Origin: a candidate division TA06 bacterium B3_TA06
GTDB lineage: Bacteria > Hydrothermota > Tepidihabitantia > B3-TA06
Reading direction: 5' to 3'
Length of the DNA: 64,000 nt
NCBI GenBank assembly: GCA_005223075.1
Contig: NJBO01000003.1
Location: forward strand, 9,902-73,901
Shown: positions 17,768-27,326 of the stretch, one piece after another
Position numbering within the stretch: the first letter of the stretch is position 1
Layout of the letters: each line of letters starts with the position of its first letter
The notes under the pieces: generated by a model
Told to the model about the DNA's origin: nothing
Seen by the model: only the letters and a program-made list of their open reading frames with translations
Database searches by the model: none
Translations under genes and position numbers: made by a program

Positions 17768-18454
17768 ATGCCCAAAAAGGCCGATAAAGAACTGGAAAAG
17801 TTTAAGAAAGTCGTTGGTCTCCTGCGTCAGCTATACAAAGACGACGGGATGAAAATCCTTGTTCACCCTGACGGCGTTGATCTTAAAATTGAAGAAGGTG
17901 CATTGGAAAAATATATTAAGGGAATGGATTTGAAACTAGAAGAGGTGAAAAGTTCGATAGGGGAAATCTCCAAATTTCTTAACGTTACGAGAGGTAAGTA
18001 CGAAGAAATAGAAATATCTGTAGACATACTTTTAGGCCCCCCTTCTGAGGAGGAAACCGAAAAAGCCCGAAAAGAAAGGGGAGAAATACTAGAAAAGAAG
18101 ATAGGCATACTCAAAGAAATCGAACCGGAATGGGCCATTCGCAGAAGATCAAAAGCAAAACGGCGGGCGAAGACTCCCGTAGTTACGGAAGTCAGGTGGG
18201 AGATAAACCGGAGGCTGGCGGATGAACGTAAATCGAAACGAGAGTCGACCCCCTTTGCGACTATTGAATTCCGTTACTTAGAACCGCCTTTTGGTCCTTC
18301 CGAAGACCCTTTAGCAAGGATTCTATCACCGATTTTTGGAATCCATAGAATTCAAAAAAGTCTCTCCTTAGGGTGTGACAAGGAAGATATCCGTTATTTG
18401 ATAAGCGAACTCAAAAAAATAGAAGATGAGTTAGCAACCGGAGAATCCAAGTGA
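17768..18454 (+). CDS. Hypothetical protein (Lys/Glu-rich), gene 1 of AT-rich three-gene operon
   Basis: 228-aa ORF with SD gaggaggatatgaATG; low GC relative to surroundings. Confidence 0.5.
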   Translation: MPKKADKELEKFKKVVGLLRQLYKDDGMKILVHPDGVDLKIEEGALEKYIKGMDLKLEEVKSSIGEISKFLNVTRGKYEEIEISVDILLGPPSEEETEKARKERGEILEKKIGILKEIEPEWAIRRRSKAKRRAKTPVVTEVRWEINRRLADERKSKRESTPFATIEFRYLEPPFGPSEDPLARILSPIFGIHRIQKSLSLGCDKEDIRYLISELKKIEDELATGESK

Positions 18455-19041
18455 GATATCTAGAGGAAAGAAACATTGAAGAAATTTTCCGCATCATGCG
18501 GGGCATGTTTAACTTGCATTGGGGCCATTTAAAAGAACATGCGACTGAAATAGAAAACATTAAAAAAACGGTAAGTGAATTCCTTAAGTTAACGCCAGAG
18601 CGTGCGGAATTTGTTCATCAGCCATCACGAGAACACAAGGAAATAAGGTTTTTAGTGATTCTGAATGATTTACGACTCGCAGCAGAAACTACGCTGGAGT
18701 CTTTTGATGATCTTGGGCAACGACTAGATTGTTTCTGTAGGGTGCAAGAGAAGGCAGATTCTCTCTATGAGGCAGTAAGACATCTTGACTTACGCAGGGA
18801 TGTCCGGAAACAGATCGCGCTCACCATCAGAGACGCTGTGAGAAATATCTATGCTGAGGATCTTGAAAAAGAAAATCTCCAAGCACTGCTTAAGGCCATA
18901 AAGGTTGCAGCAAAGGAAGAACTTCATCCCTCAGATCATATGCAGGTATTAGAATTCCTTTATGAGGGCGACCTAGATGCATACCCGCATCTTGATGAAG
19001 ACCTTTCCAAAATAATTGAAGAAGAAAACCAAAACGAGTGA
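18451..19041 (+). CDS. Hypothetical protein, gene 2 of AT-rich operon
   Basis: 196 aa; start overlaps upstream stop by 4 nt. Confidence 0.5.
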   Translation: MRYLEERNIEEIFRIMRGMFNLHWGHLKEHATEIENIKKTVSEFLKLTPERAEFVHQPSREHKEIRFLVILNDLRLAAETTLESFDDLGQRLDCFCRVQEKADSLYEAVRHLDLRRDVRKQIALTIRDAVRNIYAEDLEKENLQALLKAIKVAAKEELHPSDHMQVLEFLYEGDLDAYPHLDEDLSKIIEEENQNE

Positions 19042-19799
19042 AGCTTTTTCTCGACACAACTGTCCAAATGAACAGATACCTGGGTAAACAAAAGACCAAG
19101 AAAAAAATACGCAAAAAAATAAACCAAAGCACATCGTGTACTGCATCGAATTACGTTCTTGGTGAATACAGATGGACAATTGTCAAGGATGCGGCAATCT
19201 TTTTGAATTTGTTGAAAAGCTCTAATTCGATCAATGAAGCCGTCAATAGACTACCCTCTTATAATAGAAGAACGGAGAGAGTAACGAAAAAAATCCTTGG
19301 GCCAGTAATGGAGGAGTTACGGAACAGTGCCCCTAACCGACCGATGTCCGAATTAAAAGAAGCATTGCAGGAACGTGTAGAATATCTTTTAGATTGGTTG
19401 CTGGATTATTACTTTTGGGTAAGGATAGATAGGGATTCATTTGTAAAATCACCTGAATGCGTAGATGCACGGATTGAACCTTCTGCATCCGAAAAAATTT
19501 CATGTCCTCTTACAAAACCACCTCCTTGTGACATCGAGGATTTCTGGAGCCGTCACAAGGCGGAACTAAAGTCACTCGCCCATAACCTTCCTGATAGCCT
19601 GAGTAAATTTAAATCTCCAGCGGCATCCATCTTGAGAAATCCTGAAAAGGCGCATGGTAAGAAATGTCGCTACATCTTGGGGGATGCAATAATTGCCACA
19701 CAATGTCCTAAAGGTTATCGAGTCTTTACAACCAACACCGGGGATTTCCAACCAATCTGTCAGGCGGTCGGAAAGTCCACTCCAATTGGCCTTAAATAA
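19038..19799 (+). CDS. PIN-like nuclease domain protein (putative), gene 3 of AT-rich operon
   Basis: 253 aa; N-terminal MKLFLDTTV and C-terminal LGDAIIATQ...FTTNTGDFQPI resemble the first and last acidic motifs of PIN domains; long Cys-containing insertion; start overlaps upstream stop. Confidence 0.45.
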   Translation: MKLFLDTTVQMNRYLGKQKTKKKIRKKINQSTSCTASNYVLGEYRWTIVKDAAIFLNLLKSSNSINEAVNRLPSYNRRTERVTKKILGPVMEELRNSAPNRPMSELKEALQERVEYLLDWLLDYYFWVRIDRDSFVKSPECVDARIEPSASEKISCPLTKPPPCDIEDFWSRHKAELKSLAHNLPDSLSKFKSPAASILRNPEKAHGKKCRYILGDAIIATQCPKGYRVFTTNTGDFQPICQAVGKSTPIGLK

Positions 19800-19818
19800 T
19801 TATACTGTCTCATAACAC

Positions 19819-19846
19819 TTGACAGTTCCAAAGCCCCAGATATACT
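19819..19846 (+). promoter_or_regulatory. Putative promoter TTGACA-N16-TATACT upstream of the aminotransferase gene
   Basis: ttgaca 19819-19824, tatact 19841-19846; ~130-nt leader with agatgt...acatct hairpin. Confidence 0.45.
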
Positions 19847-19974
19847 AGAGTTCGTTTGACAAGATAGATGTAAAGACGCAGACATCTGTGTTGCTAAGTG
19901 GTTGGATTAAAACGTCTTAACAGAGGCGTTTTCGGAAAGTTGAATAGATTAACCCTCAAACCTCCGAGGAGGTA

Positions 19975-21048
19975 GTGATGCATAAGAAACTTTTCATCCC
20001 AGGACCCACCGAGGTCCTGCCTGAGGTTCTAGAGGCTCAGACCAAACCCATGTTCGGGCACCGCATGAAGGAGGCATCCGAACTGGGAACATCGGTAATC
20101 AACAAGCTGAAAAAAGTACTGGAGACCGACCAGCAGGTGATCGTGTGGACCGCTTCGGGTTCCTTGATCATGGAGGCATCCATACGCAACAGCGTCAAGA
20201 AGGGCGTGCTCAACACTATCTGCGGGGCCTTTTCCGAGCGCTGGCACAAGATGGCCAAGGCCAACGGCTTGCCATGTGGTGCTATTGAAGTCGAATGGGG
20301 CAAGGCCATAACGCCGGAGATGGTGGATCAAGAACTGGCAACCGGCAAATACGACGTGCTGTGCCTTACCCATAACGAAACCTCCACCGGCGTAATGAAC
20401 CCAACCGATGCGATCGCGGACATGGTGCGTGAGCGCTATCCGGACGTTTTGATTCTGGTAGACGCCGTCTCCTCACTCACCGGTGCCAGGATCAACGTTG
20501 ACAAATACGACGTGGTTTTGACCTCTACCCAGAAATGTGTGGCACTTCCACCCGGCCTTTCCTTCTGCACCGTCTCCGACAGGTTCCTTGAGCGGGCCCA
20601 GACCATCGAGCACCGCGGCCACTACACCGACTTCCTACTCATGAAGAAGTACATAGACGAGCGAGGCGGACAGACACCATCCACCCCCAACCTTGCCCTC
20701 TACAACGCACTCGACTTCCAGCTCGATCGCATGCTTGAAGAAGGCATGGACAACCGTTACAAGCGTCACTCGGATATGGCCAACCGCGTGCGCTCCTGGG
20801 CAAAGGAGCACTTTGATCTTTTCCCTGAGCAAGGCTATGAGTCCGAGACCGTGACCGTTATCGCCAACACCAAGGGCATAAGTGTGGCCGATTTGAACAA
20901 GGCATTGGCTGAGCGCGGCATGGCCCTAGCCAACGGCTACGGTAAAAAGCTCAAGGAGAAGACCTTCCGCATCGCCCACATGGGTGATCTTCAGATGAAA
21001 GACATAGACGAGCTATTGGCCGCTATAGACGACATACTCGGCCACTAG
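19975..21048 (+). CDS. Class V aminotransferase (serine-glyoxylate or phosphoserine aminotransferase type)
   Basis: 357 aa; PLP-dependent class V pattern (VLILVDAVSSL, TSTQKCVALPPG); adjacent to serA-like gene. Confidence 0.8.
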   Translation: MMHKKLFIPGPTEVLPEVLEAQTKPMFGHRMKEASELGTSVINKLKKVLETDQQVIVWTASGSLIMEASIRNSVKKGVLNTICGAFSERWHKMAKANGLPCGAIEVEWGKAITPEMVDQELATGKYDVLCLTHNETSTGVMNPTDAIADMVRERYPDVLILVDAVSSLTGARINVDKYDVVLTSTQKCVALPPGLSFCTVSDRFLERAQTIEHRGHYTDFLLMKKYIDERGGQTPSTPNLALYNALDFQLDRMLEEGMDNRYKRHSDMANRVRSWAKEHFDLFPEQGYESETVTVIANTKGISVADLNKALAERGMALANGYGKKLKEKTFRIAHMGDLQMKDIDELLAAIDDILGH

Positions 21049-21057
21049 GAGGATGTA

Positions 21058-21957
21058 ATGAAGGTTTTAGTAAACGACGCCATCGCCCCCCAGGGCGTCC
21101 AGAAGCTGAAGGACGCAGGATTCGAGGTGGTGGTGGATCATCTCGAACCGGAGGATTTGAAAGCTCAGATCAAAGACTACGACGCCCTCATCGTGCGTTC
21201 GGCGACCAAGGTGCGCCGCGAGATCATCGAGGCCGCCGAGAACCTGAAGGTGATCGGTCGCGCCGGCGTTGGACTGGATAACGTGGACCGCGAGGCGGCC
21301 AAGGAGCGCGGCATTGCTGTCTACAACACCCCGGCAGCGACATCCATCTCGGTAGCTGAGCTTGCTCTGGGTATGATGCTTTCCGCGGCCCGGCACATCG
21401 CACAGGGCACGGTTAGCCTCAAGCAAGGCCGCTGGGACAAGAAGAAGTTCAAGGGTATTGAGCTTTACGGCAAGACACTGGGCATAATCGGCATGGGTCG
21501 CATCGGCTCCGAGCTGGCCAAGCGCGCCCGGGCCATGGGCATGAGTGTCTTCTTCTTCGACGCCGTAGTCTCCGAATCCGAGTTCGGCACCTACAAGGAG
21601 ATGGATGAGGTCCTGGCGGAGGCTGATTTCCTTTCCCTTCACCTGCCCCATAACGACAGCACCCATTACCTCATAAGCACCGATGCGTTTGCGAAGATGA
21701 AGGACGGAGCGATTCTTGTCAACGCTGCCCGCGGCGGTGTGGTTGATGAGGAGGCGCTGTATGAAGCGCTCACCTCCGGCAAGCTCAGAGCGGCCGCCGT
21801 AGACGTCTACGAGAGCGAACCTGTAACCGAGCACAAGCTCTTTAGTCTGGATAACGTGGTGCTCACCCCGCACGTGGGTGCCCAGGCCGCAGAAGGTCAG
21901 CAGCGCGCAGGCGTGCAGGTCGCAGAAAAGGTAATCGAGGCGCTCAAGGGGTCATAA
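21058..21957 (+). CDS. D-3-phosphoglycerate dehydrogenase-like 2-hydroxyacid dehydrogenase (no ACT domain)
   Basis: 299 aa; NAD-binding GIIGMGRIGSELAKRA and catalytic region; SerA-like. Confidence 0.8.
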   Translation: MKVLVNDAIAPQGVQKLKDAGFEVVVDHLEPEDLKAQIKDYDALIVRSATKVRREIIEAAENLKVIGRAGVGLDNVDREAAKERGIAVYNTPAATSISVAELALGMMLSAARHIAQGTVSLKQGRWDKKKFKGIELYGKTLGIIGMGRIGSELAKRARAMGMSVFFFDAVVSESEFGTYKEMDEVLAEADFLSLHLPHNDSTHYLISTDAFAKMKDGAILVNAARGGVVDEEALYEALTSGKLRAAAVDVYESEPVTEHKLFSLDNVVLTPHVGAQAAEGQQRAGVQVAEKVIEALKGS

Positions 21958-23247
21958 GTGGCAACCATACGACCGTTCAGAGGGCTTCGCTACAACCCGG
22001 AAGAGATAGCTGACCCCTCTCGTGTGATCACCCAGCCCTACGACAAGATAACGCCCCGGATGCAAGCGGAGTATTATGATCGGCACCCGCTGAACTATGT
22101 ACGCCTCATCTACGGACGCGAAGAAGACCGTTACCAGGAATCGGCGGATTTCTTCAACAAGTGGATGGAAGAGGGTCTCATCATCAAGGATGTCGAACCC
22201 GCACTCTACCCATATACCCAGACTTATAGGATTGAGGGTAATCCTGCCCCTATCACCCGCACCGGGTTCATCACCGCACTCAAGCTTCACCCTTACTCCG
22301 ACAGGGTGGTGCTTCCGCACGAGCGCACCCTGAAGGGGCCAAAACAGGATCGTTTCAAACTCTTTTCAAAGACACATAAGAACTACGAGCAGGTGTTCAT
22401 GCTCTACGCTGATTCCGACCGCAGGATCGAGAAGTTCTTTGAGCCTGCGATGGCCCAAAAGCCCCTGATGGAGGCGACGGACGATTATGATTGTATCCAC
22501 AGGGTTTGGCGGGTTTCTGATCCTGAGGTGATCGGCAAGGTTCAGGAGGTTCTTGCTCCCAAACCGGTAATGATCGCAGACGGTCACCACCGCTACGAGA
22601 CCGCGCTTGCACTCAAGGAGCATCTTGTCAAGGATCATCCCGATGTGCCTGACGCCTCGGCCTTCAACCACCGCATGGTGACACTGGTTAATCTGTTCGA
22701 TCCAGGACTGCTGGTGCTTCCTACCCATCGCTACGTGATAAAACTGAAAACCGACTTCGATACCGCCAAAGCGGAGATGGCAGAGTATTTCGAGATCACG
22801 CCGGTTGCCAAGGAAGAACTTGCGGTCAAGGTCAAGGAGAACGCGGATAAGCACGCGTTTGGCCTCTATCGTAAGGACGGTTCCTGGCTTCTGCTGCTCA
22901 AGGACGATGCCGTGATGGACGAGGTAATGCCCGCAGATCCGCCCCAGATCAAAGCGCTTGACGTATCTGTGCTGCACAACCTGGTGATCGAGAAGCTGTT
23001 GGATATCAGCAAGGAGGAGATCGAGTCATACATCCGCTACGAGCGCTACGTGGATAAAGCTTTCAGCCGTGTGGATTCCGGCGAGTTTGAGATATGCTTC
23101 CTCATGAACCCGACAAAGGTCGAGCAGGTTGAAGCGGTCTCGGCGGCCGGCGCCAGGATGCCGCAGAAGTCCACCGACTTCTACCCGAAGCTCGTTTCAG
23201 GTCTGGTGGCGTTTGACGTTTCTCCGGGCGAGGTTCTGCCCTGGTAG
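21958..23247 (+). CDS. DUF1015-family protein
   Basis: 429 aa; GTG start; N-terminal MATIRPFRGLRY resembles the conserved DUF1015 N-terminus (recalled, not searched). Confidence 0.55.
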   Translation: MATIRPFRGLRYNPEEIADPSRVITQPYDKITPRMQAEYYDRHPLNYVRLIYGREEDRYQESADFFNKWMEEGLIIKDVEPALYPYTQTYRIEGNPAPITRTGFITALKLHPYSDRVVLPHERTLKGPKQDRFKLFSKTHKNYEQVFMLYADSDRRIEKFFEPAMAQKPLMEATDDYDCIHRVWRVSDPEVIGKVQEVLAPKPVMIADGHHRYETALALKEHLVKDHPDVPDASAFNHRMVTLVNLFDPGLLVLPTHRYVIKLKTDFDTAKAEMAEYFEITPVAKEELAVKVKENADKHAFGLYRKDGSWLLLLKDDAVMDEVMPADPPQIKALDVSVLHNLVIEKLLDISKEEIESYIRYERYVDKAFSRVDSGEFEICFLMNPTKVEQVEAVSAAGARMPQKSTDFYPKLVSGLVAFDVSPGEVLPW

Positions 23248-23316
23248 CGGTGATAGCTTCAAGTTATTAAGAGTAGGGGCACGGCATGCCGTGCCCCTAC
23301 AATTTAGGAGGAAAGG

Positions 23317-26085
23317 ATGTCCCTGACGTTAGTTTTTGCGATACTTGCCGCACCCATAGATAGCCTCTGGCAGACTGAGTACGAGCACATACTTGAAGGG
23401 CTCCAGCTTATGAATCTTGAGGTTTCAGACCTGGGCTACGACAAGCTCTGGCGCGAAGACTCATTCAGGCTCGAGATCGTCAACGACCTCATGAACAACC
23501 CGCTGGACGTGCCTGACTACGTGCTTCTCTCAGGTAAAGAGATACGTGAGCTCTACCGGCCTTCCGACTACCTGAGGTTTACATGTCTGGAGCTTACCGG
23601 CAAGAGGTTCAGATCGGAGAAGATAAAAGCTGCAGATATCGAGGATGCGGTTAAAGAGGTGTTCGAATTGACCAGCCAGCATCTGGATAAGGCGTTTGAG
23701 GATTTAACCGAGGCGGAGCGCGACAGCCTCCTATACACCGCCCCTGCCTTGTGGTCTGACGAGGCCGACTCGTTAGAAAACGGCTACGCAGGCGCGCTGC
23801 ATAAAGAGTTCGGGATAGAGCGCGATACGAGTTACGGGTTGAAGCTGGTTGATCTGCTTCGCTTATCCCAGAAGGTGGATATCCGCGAGCTGCACGTTGC
23901 AGGGGCGAGTCTTGCTGATGGGGTGGAACAGATCATACCAATGGCTAAGGAGCTACTTGCGCAGGAGAACCCGCCACAGGTGCAGGTGGAGGGGGTTGAA
24001 GGAGTGGTCTACGCGGTCTACGATCTCCCCGATGGCCAGAAATGCGTTATCGGCGGACCGTGGCATAACACCTATACCGGTGATTTCGCGGTGATCATCG
24101 ATCTGGGCGGCAACGATGTCTACGAAGGACGGGCTGCAGGTGCGGTTGGCGAGCTGTGGACCGCGGTCAGCTTCGTGCTCGATCTTGCAGGAGACGACGT
24201 CTACCGCAACCGTACCAAGCTGGTTAACCAGGGTGCGGCGCTGTTCGGTGCGGCCTTATTATGGGATAAAGGCGGCAACGATTCCTACACAGGGTTCCAC
24301 ATCTCGCATGGTGCGGGTCTGTATGGGATCGGCATGTTGATCGACGAGGACGGAGAGGATTCATACAGGGCCGGGTTCTTCACCCAGGGGGCGGGCAACT
24401 TCGGATCAGGCGTTCTTGCCGATCGTGAAGGCGACGACACCTACCGCGCCTGGGACTGGACTCAAGGGTTAGGCGGCCCATGGGGATACGGGTTAATTGC
24501 CGACTACGAAGGCGACGATCTGTACTACGCTGGCGGGGTTCACATCCACCATCCCCTTACCCCTGACCAGTACCGCTCGTTCGCCCAGGGGTTCGGTTTC
24601 GGCTGGCGCGACGTGGCCTCCGGTGGGATAGGATTTTTATACGACCGTAAGGGCAACGATAAGTACATCTCAGAGATATACGCGCAGGCCACCTCCTACT
24701 GGTTCGCGTTAGGGATGCTTTTAGATGAACAGGGCAACGATTTGTACTCGGCGGCTCAGTACTCTCAAGGGTCAGGCATTCATTTATCGATAGGTGCGTT
24801 GATGGATCTGGAGGGCGACGATCACTACTTCTCGCGCTACGGTCCGTCCCAGGGTGAGGGGCACGATCTTGCGGTCGGCTGGCTTCTTGATGCCGACGGC
24901 GACGATGTGTATTACGCGTCAGGAGGTCAGGGGATCGGCCTGACCAACTCGGTAGGGATATTCGTGGACACAAGGGGTAACGACGACTACTGCTCCCGCG
25001 AGGGTCTAAGCCAGGGCGGGGCAAACTGGTCGCGAGGCACCGGGGGAGTGGGCATGTTTATCGACCTTCAGGGTAACGACCGCTACGCCGAGGAGGACAA
25101 GGGCGAAAATAACCACGTCTGGACCTCAGGCACCTTCGCCCTGGGTATGGACGTGGAGGCGGTCCAGCCGCGCAAGGAACCCTGGCAGGATACGGTTACC
25201 ACCTTCCCTGAGCTGGATACGTTAGAGACTGACTCGGCAAGGATGGCGAGGCTGTTCCACTACGCGTCGCTGTGGGAGGTGCGCGGCGACATCGGCAAGG
25301 TAAGGACAGCAAGAAGGATGCTGAAAGAGGATTACGCAGAGCAGGCGGTCTCATACATCTTCAACTACGAGTTCTGCACCTACAGCGGGCTGACGCTGCG
25401 GGCGATAGAGAAGCATTTTGCGGAGTTCAAGGACACCGCCGCCTACTATCTCTATCAAGGTCTTGAAGCAGACAACGACACCATCGTGCGCAACTCGATC
25501 TATCTCTTGGGTCAGCTGGAGATCGAGGGAGCAGCAGACACATTAATCAAAAAGCTTGAGGACAAACGCAACGACTCCCTGGCAGGCTCACTGGTCTCTG
25601 CGCTTGGGAAGTTAAAGGCAAATCAGGCGGTTCCTGCGATAGTCCACTACGCCGATCATCATAAGGAACGCATGAGGATTCTGGTGGCAGAGGCTTTCTC
25701 AAAGATAAAGGACGAAAGGGCCGTACCTGTCTTGATAGATGATCTTTCGGATCCCTACTTTACGGTCCGCGCCGCGGCGATGGCCGCTTTAGCCCAGATA
25801 GGTGAGGCGGCACTTGAACCCCTTGAGATTGAGTTGGACAAAGCACGCAAACCGGATTATCAGGCGACACTCCTGCGAGCACTGCGCAACGTCTATACGA
25901 AACTAGAGGACGAGGAGAAGACCTCAGACCTCAAGGAGCGCTTGGCTGAGCTTGCGCGGCCCTATCTTGATGCCTCCTACCCCGCACTTCGCGAACAGGC
26001 GCAAAAGCTCTTAGACGAGGTGGAAGGCCGCAGCATACTCTCTCCTACCGAGCTGTTCGGCTATCCTGAGCAAGCTTGGGATTGA
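23317..26085 (+). CDS. Large repeat protein: ~12 G(N/D)DxY repeats plus C-terminal HEAT/PBS-lyase-like repeats
   Basis: 922 aa; repeats GGNDVYEG, AGDDVYRN, GGNDSYTG, DGEDSYRAG, EGDDTYRAW, EGDDLYYAG, KGNDKYISE, QGNDLYSAA, EGDDHYFSR, DGDDVYYAS, RGNDDYCSR, QGNDRYAEE; immediately upstream of the paralog array. Confidence 0.55.
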   Translation: MSLTLVFAILAAPIDSLWQTEYEHILEGLQLMNLEVSDLGYDKLWREDSFRLEIVNDLMNNPLDVPDYVLLSGKEIRELYRPSDYLRFTCLELTGKRFRSEKIKAADIEDAVKEVFELTSQHLDKAFEDLTEAERDSLLYTAPALWSDEADSLENGYAGALHKEFGIERDTSYGLKLVDLLRLSQKVDIRELHVAGASLADGVEQIIPMAKELLAQENPPQVQVEGVEGVVYAVYDLPDGQKCVIGGPWHNTYTGDFAVIIDLGGNDVYEGRAAGAVGELWTAVSFVLDLAGDDVYRNRTKLVNQGAALFGAALLWDKGGNDSYTGFHISHGAGLYGIGMLIDEDGEDSYRAGFFTQGAGNFGSGVLADREGDDTYRAWDWTQGLGGPWGYGLIADYEGDDLYYAGGVHIHHPLTPDQYRSFAQGFGFGWRDVASGGIGFLYDRKGNDKYISEIYAQATSYWFALGMLLDEQGNDLYSAAQYSQGSGIHLSIGALMDLEGDDHYFSRYGPSQGEGHDLAVGWLLDADGDDVYYASGGQGIGLTNSVGIFVDTRGNDDYCSREGLSQGGANWSRGTGGVGMFIDLQGNDRYAEEDKGENNHVWTSGTFALGMDVEAVQPRKEPWQDTVTTFPELDTLETDSARMARLFHYASLWEVRGDIGKVRTARRMLKEDYAEQAVSYIFNYEFCTYSGLTLRAIEKHFAEFKDTAAYYLYQGLEADNDTIVRNSIYLLGQLEIEGAADTLIKKLEDKRNDSLAGSLVSALGKLKANQAVPAIVHYADHHKERMRILVAEAFSKIKDERAVPVLIDDLSDPYFTVRAAAMAALAQIGEAALEPLEIELDKARKPDYQATLLRALRNVYTKLEDEEKTSDLKERLAELARPYLDASYPALREQAQKLLDEVEGRSILSPTELFGYPEQAWD

Positions 26086-26295
26086 CGGAGCAATCTAGCA
26101 GAAAGTAAGGGCGCCTTTAGGGCATCTAAGACTCCAAAAACGACGAGTGGGAAGGGGCTACCCCAACCAAATTCTTGATATCATTTTTTTGATTTATAAC
26201 AAAAGCTCTTGACAATCATAAAATTTTGTGCATCATTAGGGATAGAAGGAAGATTTATGTCCTTCTTTCAGAAACCTTCAACCCAAGGAGGAGAT

Positions 26296-26745
26296 ATGCA
26301 TAACTCCAAAAAACTCATACTCGCCGTCCTGGCAGTTATCCTGCTGCTGGGAGCCACTCCGGCGTTCGCTCAGCTGGGCGGAACCTGGGAGGGCATAGGT
26401 AGGGGCGAAGCTTACCCGCCCTGTCACCCTCCTATACACCCCTGGCAGACGTGGAAGGGCGAGATCCCGGCCACCCAAGATGTCTTCACCGGCGAATGGT
26501 GGGATGCGGACGGCAATCACGGCACATTCAAGGGCGTGGTGGAGTTCTCACCCATTCCTGAGATAGCATACGCTGAAGGCGAATGGACATGGTACGACCC
26601 CACAGGCCACTCTCAGCAACCAATAGTCGGCGGCAAGTTCAAGATGACGTTCTACATCCTGGAAAAAAGATGCGAAGGCACCTGGACATCCATCTGGCCC
26701 TCACCCAGCGATCACGGCACCATGAAAGGCTGGAAGGTAGATTAA
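26296..26745 (+). CDS. Array paralog 1: small Sec-secreted Trp/Cys-rich protein, subtype A
   Basis: 150 aa; start placed at ATG 26296 (SD aaggagg); signal MHNSKKLILAVLAVILLLGATPAFA; PPCHPPIHPWQTWKGEIP ... GTMKGWKVD. Confidence 0.7.
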   Translation: MHNSKKLILAVLAVILLLGATPAFAQLGGTWEGIGRGEAYPPCHPPIHPWQTWKGEIPATQDVFTGEWWDADGNHGTFKGVVEFSPIPEIAYAEGEWTWYDPTGHSQQPIVGGKFKMTFYILEKRCEGTWTSIWPSPSDHGTMKGWKVD

Positions 26746-26809
26746 CCTTCCATGAAACTCGGAGGGGCAGATTTCTGCCCCTCCTCACAGATCACAAAAG
26801 GAGTAAGAG

Positions 26810-27253
26810 ATGAGTAACTTCAAAAAACTCACGATCGCCGCGCTCGCGGTGATCTTTCTGATCGGAGCAACGCCTATTGCCGCCGAGCTCGACGGCATCT
26901 GGGAAGGCCATGGCGATGGAACCTGGCGGCCACCAAGCGGCATAGTACCTGTTCACCCCTGGCAAACCTGGAAAGGCACCGTCGAGAACGGACGCTTTTA
27001 CGGGGAGTGGTACGATAGCACAGGCGCCCACGGCAGATTCCAAGGCGTCATACCATCCTTAACCCAAGAGGTAGCATACTGCGAAGGCTTCTGGACGTGG
27101 GTAGATGAAGGTTGCGACCCACCACGGGAGATCACCGTAGGTCCGTTCGAGATGGATTTTCACTACGTCATTGAAACATGCAGGGGCGCATGGTGGAGTG
27201 AACTTACCGCCGTCCCGCAAGGACACATGTGGGGCCGAAGGACAGGCCCGTAG
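26810..27253 (+). CDS. Array paralog 2, subtype B-like
   Basis: 147 aa; signal MSNFKKLTIAALAVIFLIGATPIAA; HPWQTWKGTVENG ... CEGFWTWVD. Confidence 0.7.
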   Translation: MSNFKKLTIAALAVIFLIGATPIAAELDGIWEGHGDGTWRPPSGIVPVHPWQTWKGTVENGRFYGEWYDSTGAHGRFQGVIPSLTQEVAYCEGFWTWVDEGCDPPREITVGPFEMDFHYVIETCRGAWWSELTAVPQGHMWGRRTGP

Positions 27254-27326
27254 GGCATAATAGAAACCAAGCAGGGGGCGGGGTTACTCGCCCCCTCATA
27301 AACCTAAAACCTCAAAGGAGGAACAA

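Noticed and set aside
19847-19974. T-box or riboswitch leader ahead of the aminotransferase gene
   Set aside because: Leader is only ~130 nt with a single short hairpin; no recognisable riboswitch core could be supported by eye
21067-21873. Long antisense ORFs inside strong sense genes (also 12974-13579, 40028-40615, 42948-43670, 60958-61653)
   Set aside because: Typical of GC-rich DNA; each overlaps a gene with clear family motifs on the opposite strand
23275-23298. Perfect palindrome AGGGGCACGGCATGCCGTGCCCCT as a terminator
   Set aside because: No T-tract follows (acaattta); it shares its stem with the terminator-like hairpin at 10555 and is better treated as another dispersed hairpin
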